Assembly (NCBI GenBank): GCA_028534125.1
Contig: CM052818.1
Coordinates: forward strand, 18,726,001-18,790,000
Direction of reading: 5' to 3'
Origin: Lama glama
Lineage: Eukaryota
DNA: 64,000 nt
Shown here piece after piece: positions 53,491 to 64,000 of this stretch (positions are counted from its first letter, which is position 1; each line of letters opens with the position of its first letter). The position numbers and the translations under genes were made by a program. The notes beneath the pieces are model-generated. The model saw only the letters and a list, made by a program, of their open reading frames with translations. It was not told the origin of the DNA and ran no database searches.

Positions 53491-56239
53491 TCATCTCTAC
53501 CATATTATTTCACCCACTGACAATGTCCAGGGAACCTACCAAAGCCCCAAATGTAGATTCAACACGCAGGTGCTAAAAGAGATACATAGTCTTCTGGGTT
53601 GTTTGGCTCGGGGTATCAAATACATGTGGACTTCAGTATTTGTCTGCTCTTTCGTGCGAGGGAGCAGAGTGAAGCCTCATCACAGTGATCCATTCTGACT
53701 AGATCTGGGTACCGAACAGATGTAGGGACAGCAGGTTTATCTGAGAAGGGGCTCAAAACCCAAAATCTGCCTGAGCTTCTAGTGTGAGAGAGCAAGAAGA
53801 CAGTGGTTCAGTGCCTCACATTTGACATTAGCCATTCAAATGCATGTATGTAAGTATGCATGTATATTTTCCAGAATTTGTGCCAACTCTATTTTCCTGG
53901 GGTGGGTAGCAGGGATGGAAGGGGAATGAAGGGGTGGCAGAGACAGGCTACCACACTCTAAAGTGGTCAGCACTATGGAAAGGCACATACTGGGCACTGT
54001 GTGTCTGCAATATTCACACATAATGGGTGCCACACCTAGTGTGTGCTCAATAAATAGTTGTATTTCTGACTTGTGATTCTTCTCTGTGTCTCTTAGAGAG
54101 GAATCTGTTCTCTTCTAAGCTGAGGCTTCCCAGGCTGAGGAGTTACTCACCATGGCTGGACTGCTGAAGGCTTTGTTTTTCCTTCCATTTCATTCAGTCC
54201 ACTCCTCCCTAGGAAAAGTTCCTGAAATACGTTTTAATATTCAACCTGGCAGAAATCCTTCTTGGTTGAAGCCATGACCAAACTCTTAGAACTGGGAAAT
54301 ATCAGAGATTAAAAAAAGATAATAAAAATAATATCTGTACTGGGAAATTCCTAACTCTTCCATAGTCTCAAAATCCCTCTAGAGGGCAATTTGGAAAGTT
54401 TTCAAGATTTTATAAAAACATTCATACCCTTTGACTCAGCAATTTCTCTTTTAAGAATTTATAGCAAGAAAATAATGAAGGATGTACCCCAAAGACGCAA
54501 AATAAGGATAATTGTTAGGGTCTGGCTTATCATCATGAAAGACTGGAAACCACTAACTGTGGTTGTTTCCAGTGTTTTATAACCAGTAATAGGAGATCAA
54601 TGAATAAATATAGTACCTTCTGTACAACAACACATTACAGCCACTTGAAATGATTCATGTAACAATTGTGTATTGATTACCTGCTATGTGCCAGGCACTG
54701 CTGTAATTAGAAGGATACATTAGTGAATAAAACAGACAATGCAGATCTCACATTCTGGTTATGTGCCATAATTGTATTTATTGATATGAAAATATATTTA
54801 GGCTATATTGTTAAATGAAAAAGGCAGGTTAGAATGTCAATATTATTATTAAGAATAATAATAGCTAACAATTATATAGCGTTATTATGTGTCAAATATC
54901 AAATATTTAATTTATATAAGAACCTAGAATGAACTAATACTTGCTTAAAAATATTCCTTATATTCATTACTATTTTGTTGAGTAAGACAGGCACCAGTGA
55001 GATAAAAAGGTCACTGTTTTCTTTCTCCCACATTTTACTTCAAACTTGCTTTCAGGATTTGTCCTTTTCCTGCCCCTGGACGAAGTCACTCAGGCAGGTC
55101 TCCAAGCTTTTCTGGTCCCTTTCAGTCAGTTGAGCAGTCTTACTTCGGTAATTACAATGTGCAGTCCAGTCTGAACTTCTTTCCACTTGAAGAGAATCTT
55201 CTCCAGGCAAGCCTGATGCGAGCTTGGACAGCTGGGCGGGTTAGTGGTTTGTCTTCCCTCCCATAGCTCCTCCTCTTCCCTCCTGCTCCTACCCCTCCGA
55301 GGCTGGGCCCCTGGGATGGGGCAGGGGGGAGAGCAGTCCTCCCTGGCAGCCTCATCCTGCTCCATCATTGGTTCCTGTGATTGCGGCAGAAGCACCTTTG
55401 CAGCCTCTTTCTCTGACAGGTGGCTGTGCAGGTTTCTCCCAGACTCACTGTCCAGGATTGCTGTCTCTTCCAGGTTGAAGCTTCCAGTTCTCGCCTCCGC
55501 CCATGGGGTCTCCAGCCATCTCCCTTACACTAACTCTCTCCTTTGGGCCCTTTGCCCTCCCATTCAGGCATTCTCTTTTGTAGTTCCCTTTTTAAACAAC
55601 CCAGGCTAGATCCTTCCTCGGATACACATGGCCTGGCGAAGCTCACACTAATTTGCCCCTGACTACGGAAGCGCAGCCTTTCTCCTTGCTGGCAGACAGG
55701 CTTTGGGTCCAGCCAGAATCGCGCATCTGTGCGCTTCTCTTGACAAAAAGCAGACATTAGTCCCCAAACTCCAGTTCTCTGAGTGGGTCTCTGGAAGAAT
55801 CTCTCACTTGGCTTGGGATGAAGGGATTTACTTTTCTTCCCCCTGGGAGATGGGGTGAGACCTAGCCCACCAGCACAGGGCTCCCCCGTGAAATTTTCTC
55901 TTACTACTTAACTCTTCAACCCTCATTTTTCAGGCTGGAGGGTTGATTGCTTAATGCTGGCAGAATCTGTTTCATAATCTCTGTCTACCCTGCATAGTTT
56001 ACATAGGCGTCATCACACCTTAATTTGAATATTTAGGATGTGGAATCCTTGGGCATCTATTATACTGTTATCAGCCTTTAGGGCTTCAGCCAAAAGTAAG
56101 CAGAAAGATTCCCACTTTAACATCCGGTTACATACATAGATGAGTGCACCCGTCTGAACGTTTCACTTCAAAATGCTATCAGTTATCTTCAGGTCAGGGA
56201 GTTATTTTCCTCTTTTTTGTTGTTAAGAAATTGAATCCA

Positions 56240-57720
56240 TGCTAACTGGTCTAAACAAGAGGAAATCAAAATTGAAATGATAGATAATTTATACATTAAT
56301 AAATGAAAATTCACAGTGAAATGTATTTAGGGAAAAATCATAAAATTAAATACTTTTATTAGTAAAACTGAAATGTTGAAATAAATTAAAGAAGGTAGAA
56401 AGAATAACAAAATAGTATGAAGGTGAAAGTAGGAGTTAGTAAAAAAGATAAAAGCAGAATCTAATTTATTAGAAAACAGAATTGTAAAAGAGAGGCAATG
56501 ATAGGCACAACAAAGTTTTATAAGAATATATGCAGTTTTATGACAATAAATCTGAACATTTAGATCAAATGAATAATTTAATAGAAAAATTGAAAATCCA
56601 AATAGACCAATTACCATAAAACATTGGAAAAGTTTGTCAAACCTCCCTACCTCCATTCCCAACAAAAACACAAATCTGGTGGTTTAACAGGTGAATTCTA
56701 CCAGTCTATCAAGGAGCTGATCATTTCTCTCATTTCTACTGTTCCAAAGGATAGGGAGAGGAAGACAGGAAACTGTCTTAGTCTATTTTACAAAGTTACA
56801 AATCTCTAATACCAAAACCAGCAAAACATCACAAAAATGCTATAGATCAATCTCCAGGATAGTACTAAACTGGCAAAGCCTTACAAGGCTCATGTGACTT
56901 GACGCTGTCTTGTTGTTGATGGGTGCGTACGTTGGCGTGCCATCTGTCAGTGCAATTTCTGGGTGTTTACATTTAACTTAGAAATTCAGTTTTCCCTCTT
57001 TGTCTTAAATTCATATGAATATTTCTGAGTAATTTAATTTTAGGAAGGGAAAGTTGCTTTTACTCATTTATTTCCTGTTTTATTTCACTATGGTCAGAAA
57101 CTGTGACTGTAATTTTTACCTTTCAAATATCTATTTGACAAGGATACAGATTTTTGTTGGATACAAAATCCTACATGTATCTGTTAATTCAAGCTTTCTA
57201 AGTATATATATAATTCAAACTTTAGTTTGGTTATTTTGTTCTTTCTGTTTTAAAAATTCAAAGGAATGTTTATTAAAATTTCCAGTTTAATTGTGGTTTT
57301 ATCAGATTCTCAATGCAGTTCTAACAATTTTTGCTTTGTTTATTTTGTCCATAAATATTGACAACTATTATAACATCTACTTGGTGGACTATACATTTGT
57401 CAAAATAAAATATCCCTCTTTATCTTACCTTTTTGCCTCAAATTCTGTCCTGTCTTATATTAATTTTACCACCTTCCTTTTCTTCCTTTATTCCTTCCTT
57501 CCTTCTCTCTTTCTTTCTTTCTTTTCTTTGTTTCTTTCTTCTTCTTTCTTTTCTTTCTTTCTTGCTCTCTTTCTCTCTTTTCTTTTTTGTCTGTTTAATC
57601 TGTTTGCCCAGTCCTTTATTTTTAGTGCTTTTATTTTTGTTCATGTCTTTTAACAACATACCTAATTTTGCTCTCTTTAAGAAATCATTTGAAAGTCTTT
57701 CATGGGGAATTTGATATATT
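56240..57720. mobile_element. Degenerate L1 ORF2 pieces (plus, then minus) with a CT-rich simple repeat at 57470-57590
   Basis: ggtttaacaggtgaattctacca; ctaataccaaaaccagcaaaacatcacaa; A-rich then T-rich strand bias. Confidence 0.65.
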
Positions 57721-60700
57721 CACATTTACTGTGCTCACTGCTTCCATTACATTTTAAGTTCCTGTGTGGAGACCTCCCCACAGATTTTCTGTCTAACCAG
57801 GGAGACAAACAACTAATGCATAGGATTTTAGCTCAAAAATGTTGGCCTTCAGAGTTCATCTAATCCAACTTGCTCTTTGACAGATGAGGAAACAGATTAG
57901 TGCAAGGTCACACCATTTAGAAACAAGTTTGAACTAGCAGCTAAATTTGAACACAAGTCTGTACCATCTAATATAATTTCATGAAGGGTTTGTTAGGATC
58001 AACTGAAATAGCTGTAGTCAGGCTCTTCCCCTTTTTGACAGTCCACAGCATTGTTTAGAGCTCAATTATATTTAATGTCATTGCTCATTTAAAAACATGT
58101 TGCAATATTTTCCAAAGAGTGATACAATTATCACTGAGGACTGGATATAATTTTAGGTGGCACACAGATAAACATTAGTTTAATAGTTACACATTTACTT
58201 TAATGTAAATTAGGGAAAATATGTATCTACCATAGATTTTATCTAATGGGTATAACTTAGCATAACACTAAGATTAAAAGTGAGGCCAATTTAAAGAAAA
58301 ATACTAGAGAAATAATAGTGCAGGTGACAGACAAGGAAAATATGAATGACTGAAGTTTGGGCATAAAGATTTTTGGATAAGAGAAGTCGGGGAACTGTGG
58401 TTTCATATCATGGATCTGTCTCTTTTGAGGATTAAATACAATAAGATATGTAAAATGTTTGGTTTAGTAAATCTTTGGCTATTTTATTTCTATAATTTAC
58501 ATTGTGTCAGTCCTGTTGACTTAATTACATTGTAAAAACCTTCAATGACAGAAAAAATTACACTTTGCAAAGCAAAAAATAACTATAATATGGGATTTTT
58601 ATGTTCTAAAAGAAAAGCGGCCTTGATAAGCTTGTTTATTTCTAGACTGGATCTGAGTTTTATTTTTTCAACCTCAACATAGTCCTCAAATATACCAGTA
58701 ACAACATACTGAAGACAGATTTACGATACCAGATAAGCCATACAGCAAGTCAGTGGAAATGATCTTTGCCCTCTTCATGGTTACAGTCTAAATTAGTCTC
58801 CATATTGGCCTTATTGTAGGGAATCCTGGCTACCCTTTCAACTAGATGTATGAGTTAGTTATCTGGGTCTCAGTTTCCTCAACTGCCAAATGAATATTAT
58901 ACTAGTTAACTTGTAAGTTTTCTTACAATTCTAGTGGATTACAAGTAATTCTCCTATTGGATCCCCCCAAATGAATACTATTAATTAATTATGTAAAGAT
59001 ATATGTGCATTTACTATGTGTCAGGCACTGAGAGAGAGAACATGGTACCCACTGTCCTCAAGAAGCTCCCTTAGTAAGTATCTAGTTGATTTATTATCTG
59101 ACTAAGATAATAATAATAATAATAGATTTACCTTCCTAAGGAGATCATTATACTGTATAATTGGGGACAGAAAAAAAAAGTTAAATGGTTAGCTCTCCCA
59201 AATTCACAAAAAATTATTTTCATGAGAGAAATTCTGAAAGAATTGTGTTTCTGGAAACAAACCAAAACAGTCTGAACGAGATGATTCTGGAAATCCATTT
59301 TTGGAAACCATATCACCAGTCCACACCTGGAACTGTCCAGCTCTGTGCTAAATTGTCTAGCAGAGTCAAATGCAAAAGAGGAGGGACAAACTTGCAGAAC
59401 GTTCTAACTAGTTGGAAAAATAAAATGTACTTGCATGGCCCTGTACCCAAGAGCTCATACAGCAACTTTGTGCAAATTAGGAAAAAGTACCCACTCCAGG
59501 CAGACAAATTACAAAACGGTGCCCCAAACAAATCAGATAAAGACACCCTTCCTGAGACCTGAACAAGGGTGTGTGTGGACACATGCAGCACAGGCTGATT
59601 TCAGCTCCACTCAACCCCCTGATTTTGTGTTGAACACAGACCACAGACCTGTGGGACAGCCCAGCTTATGGGGAGCAAGTGAGTAACAGTTCTAAAGACA
59701 CTTAGGAATCATCTTGTGAGTTAAATTGTGACTCTTGTGAAAAAGAGATCTAAGAAATTTCCTATTTTACCAGTCTCTTCAAACCGAGTAACGTCCTTAG
59801 TTTAAAATGAAGTTTCTTCCCATTGCCGTTAGAAACATAGTTTTTTTTTTTTATTTTACAAAAGCTACATTATTCATATAAGGCCTTTTGTCCAGAGCTT
59901 ACTGCCATATCAGCAACAAGAAGCCCTGACGGTGTGAGGGTTAAATGTTTGAAAATTCTTTTCCACTGAAGGCTGATCTTGTTGCCTAGTGACTGCTGCG
60001 TTGCTTGCTGCTGTCACTCACCTTGTCTCCAGAGAGTTATCCCCCACTCTCATAAGGAAGTTTATGATTGGACAAAGGTGACATCATAGCACAGAGAGGA
60101 GCTGCATCTCTTTGTCAAGACAGCACCAATAAAATGACTCAAGAGTTGGTGGTCAAGTGTTTTGGTTCCTTTGTTTTGTTTCCTTAACATGGAGCTAACA
60201 AATTTGATGAAACAGTTCCTTCTTTTGCCGAACCAGTTTTGTAGGTGTTAGTAGGGAATTTTTGCCCATAAAAATATACCTTGACAGCACATGGATTATC
60301 TTCACATCCATTTAATCAACACTATCCCTGCCAAAGCCATTTCCCCTCCAAGCACTTGGTCAGCACTTGAGAAGGCGAATAGATTACAGGCAGAAAATGA
60401 CTACCCTGGAGCTCATTATCACACCACTGGTTGCAGAGTGAAATTTCACACAAGGCAGGTTCTTCTGGGTGCTTATCTGAGAAGTACCTAAAGTGGTTCC
60501 AAAGCATCAGTTTCAAGGACAGCTCTATAATAAGCCTTTAGCGCACATACATGAGGCAACAAAAAAGTTTAAAAAAAATCGATTAAAGTTGAAAGCACAC
60601 CTCCTTTTAAAATCAAGCAGTTGGAAAAATCTCACACATTTTAGATAAGTAAATATAAGCTCTTTGATTACTTTTAAAATTTATGTCACACATGTTTGCA

Positions 60701-62450
60701 CTGCTTTGAAAATCAGGCCTGATAGCCTTTATTTTGTTTTTTGCACTGACTTGAGCTACGCACGTAGTCTTGAATATTTCAGCCATTGAAGACATTAGCT
60801 ATGTGACTGGAGTGTCGGTTGCAGATTCATTATGGCAGGCTGCTATATTAAATCATCTGTTAAATGTGTTCTTTTCTTGGTAAATATTCAGTATACAGCA
60901 TAGTCACGGCTGGGATAATTGGATAATTGCTTCCAATTAATGCTCTATTTTGAAAGCTGCAACTCTATATAAAGCTTTGAGTTGAGCTGTAACAAAGGCA
61001 ACCCCTACCCTGGGAAACAGAGAGTGAGAATTCCTTTCTGCATTTCTACTGGAAAGCAATTAGAGAGAGAGAGTACTAATAAATTATATATGGTCCTGCT
61101 TTTACCTGCACTGAAAAAGAACCTGTAATGTGTTAGCTGAAATGTGTAAATAAACCACCGCCTCTCCTGAGAGCTGGCTGCAAGTATTTTAATATTGCAA
61201 TTCTCATTCAAATAATCAACATTGTTCTTAAAGTGAATTAAAGCTGACCATGTATTTCCTGAGAAAAATTCATTTAAAAGAAGGGAAAGATGCTATTTAC
61301 AAAGAATCAAGTTACAAGAAGACACTAATCCTCAGAATTATCATCAAACACATTCAGGCAAAAAAAAAAAAAAAAGACAACTTATATATAATTCAATTTC
61401 CTTTAAGGATTCTGATTGGTGTGCAAGTGAAGAAAGCAGAAAGTTCGTTTAAAAGACATCTTAATAGATGTGAGGGGAAAGTTCTGCTTCTGACATGATT
61501 CTTGTTCATTTGGCTAGAAAATACCAAACATCTGGGTTCTTACAGTATTTGCATGGTAACAGTGAATTATGGTGTTGTAGAGCTGACAGTGCTATAATCT
61601 GGTCAAGATTCAGTTTTATATTTACTTTTACTTACCTATTAATAGATTTAATGCTGTAAACAAGATCTTAAGGGAATGCTTAAATTACTTAATGAAAACT
61701 TCTCAGATAGGCTAATTATAAAATTATTCTTCTCTATTCCCTTAATGCCACAAAAAAACTAGGATGGCTTAGATCCAATTACACTTAAAAGTAATAAATA
61801 TGTATTTTAATAGATGTTTCAGCAATGTAGCCTGACCATTAGACCAATGAGAAGAGTTGAAGATTTTTACTCTATGAGACAACTTGTTAATAAGATACAT
61901 TAATATATGTAATATATGTATACAGTTTAGAGAAACACCACTTCTTTCTTAACTTCCTGGATTATACATCTCTTGGTTTTGGAGTTATTTTGGTTTGAAG
62001 GGTAAGTGGAACAGGTTATAGTGTAGAGGATGTCCTGTTTTGTCAGAAGGTATTTCATTAAGAATTTGTATTTACAATTTGCTATGAACGATTTGCTAAG
62101 GTGTGGCAGTGACCCTTAGAATATGTAATTTGATTCCATTACTCCCAGATCGTGAATTCTAAGTTCTTACCATGGTGGCCACAGAACTCTGCATGACATG
62201 ACCCTTGGAACCTGAATACTTCACAGGCCTCTGCTCCTACCAGTCTTTCCTTTGCACAGGATGCTCAGGCAAATAGCTATTCCTCTTGCTAATGCTGTAA
62301 AAACATCAAAGAGCTGCAGCCTCTACCTTAGCCTTCCCTCTTTCCTTCCTCTGGATATTTGTATATGTCATTCCTGCACATCATTTTAATCCCTGCTCAG
62401 AGCCACATAAGTCAGTGGGCCTCCCTGTCCACTTTATCTAAAGTAGCAAC

Positions 62451-62919
62451 TGTTGTGCTGCACCCCACAGGCCTGCAAGCCCTGCACGTGCCCAGCTTCA
62501 AGACCGAAAAAAGAGCCCAGAGTCAGCAACAGAGACATCAGTGGTTTAATGGAAAGGGGGAAGTTACATGTCTGAAGAAAGGTCCCAGAGTGACACCCCA
62601 CCGTGTGCGGTGGACAGGACATGGCAGTAGTCTTTACTCCTGGGGTTGAGAGGGAGGTTACCAGTTACAGAGGGAACTGAGGTCAGGTTGACTCATTGGT
62701 TACCAGGGAAACTAGCAGAGGGACACGCCCCTCACAGCCCTTTCATAAGCTGTCATAGTGGAGACACTCTGATCTAAAGTTAGAACAGCCACTAGCTGGG
62801 GTGGGGCAAGTGTGTAGGAAGGTCGGTGGGGTGAATAGGGTGTAGGTGAAGCAGGCACTGGTCGAGCAGGGCATGTACAGAGAGCAAGAGAACAGCCAAC
62901 TGGGTGGCCTGATCGTACA
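62451..62919 (-). mobile_element. ERV solo LTR, copy 2, inserted in an L2 (about 62090-63110)
   Basis: TG...CA termini; ATTAAA polyA signal on the minus strand (tttaat); colinear with 41730-42234. Confidence 0.8.
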
Positions 62920-63149
62920 GCTATTATCACCTCTCCCTTTCCTCACCTGTTTTTCTTCATAGCACTTATCACTTCCAATATTTTATTTCAAATTTTTATT
63001 TTGCCAATCTCTTCCCACTAGAACGTAAGCTCCATGAGGGCAGAGACTTGCATTTGTTTTGTTTGCTGCCAAACCACCAGGGCCTTGGTGACGATTCGGT
63101 GAATAAACGAAGTTCAAGCATTCTTCTTGTGCCTGCTTAGTCCTGTAAA

Positions 63150-63405
63150 CTAGAGGCAGTAAAACCTAATATTTTAAGGACAGATTTAGGAATTAGACTT
63201 GGTTTTTTAACCATTTACTGGCTGGTGTAACCACTGGCAATTTAAGCTCCTTGCCTGTGGATTTGTTCGTCTATAAATAATGTTTACCTCATTAACCTTA
63301 GAGAGTTAGTTGATGGGAGGATTAAATAAAATAACAAACAATATCTAAATGCTTGGTTTAATACTTGCTATGCCTGTCAAGTAGAAAACACTTAATAAGC
63401 AGCAG
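63150..63405 (+). mobile_element. MIR SINE
   Basis: ccatttactggctggtgtaacc; gaggattaaataaaataac; cacttaataa. Confidence 0.65.
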
Positions 63406-64000
63406 TTATAACATTCCAAATAATACCCTTCATACATTAGTAAATCAGATTCAGGTGGTTCTTAATTTAATTTTAAAAAAAAGCCACTGAATTTCTAGCA
63501 ACTGGTTTTCCACGCTCACTCAACCCTCCTCAGAAACCTTTTAATATTTCTTCCTCTCCAATCCATCTCATAGTCTGTATGGGAACCATCTCTCTGACTT
63601 AAGGGTTTTTATTTAACTCACAGATCTGAAAGTAATAGAAGCTATTGAATTTATTTCAACTTCTCACCTGTTCCTTACTAACAAATTTTTATTAACTTTC
63701 TTACTCTGCATTTCAAATAGGACAGATTATTTTTGTTTTGTGAAAAAGAAATTGGAATGTCAAGGAGCTTTTCTTCCTACTACCCCATGTAGGCTCTTAG
63801 TTCTCACTCCGCCCCCCACCTCCACACCCCACACGCTCACCTAGGCTACCACTGATCTGCTTTCTGTCACTATAGATTCAGTTAGTCTTTTCTAAAATTC
63901 CATGTAAATAGAAGCACATAGTACATATTCTTTTGCAACTAACTTCATCTACAGTGTTATGCGCATCAGCAGTTTCTTTTATTTCTAAGTGATGCTCTGT

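Noticed and set aside
55040..55400. Plus-strand splice-acceptor-like sites and short ORFs
   Set aside because: No matching donor or homology; cannot support an exon from sequence alone
42235..62450. Provirus between the two related LTRs
   Set aside because: Too long, no gag/pol/env remnants, full of older L2/MIR elements, and each LTR has different flanks
33000..64000. Exons of a neighbouring gene (FOXN2 lies upstream in human, from memory) or a processed pseudogene
   Set aside because: No forkhead-like or other recognisable peptide found in any frame I could read
1..64000. CRISPR arrays, operons or other prokaryote-style systems
   Set aside because: Intron-exon mammalian DNA; no repeat-spacer array or dense coding region

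Overview
Mammalian genomic DNA, probably a camelid (inferred from two short tRNA-derived SINEs of the camelid Vic-1 type and artiodactyl-like L1 3' ends). The left half (1-32.4 kb) holds coding exons 1-13 of PPP1R21 (KLRAQ1/CCDC128) on the minus strand. All 13 exons have GT-AG junctions and join in frame (1315 nt, 438 codons + 1 nt); the gene continues past the left edge. A CpG-island promoter with bidirectional-type motifs lies at about 32.0-33.0 kb. The right half is intergenic, rich in L1, L2, MIR, LTR and hAT relics, and contains a 500-N assembly gap flanked by an exact 199-bp duplication. I see no evidence of a novel multi-gene system, and most ORFs in the track are noise or repeat-derived. 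The best curiosities are a 72-bp inverted templated copy of intron-1 sequence inside an L1 3.5 kb away, a short L1 insertion with a probable 3' transduction, a mosaic L1 in intron 12, paired inverted YY1 sites and an RFX X-box at the promoter, a strong CTCF motif, and a promoter-like motif cluster with a perfect splice donor at about 60 kb. Repeat family names come from recalled consensus sequences, not a database search, and repeat boundaries are approximate.
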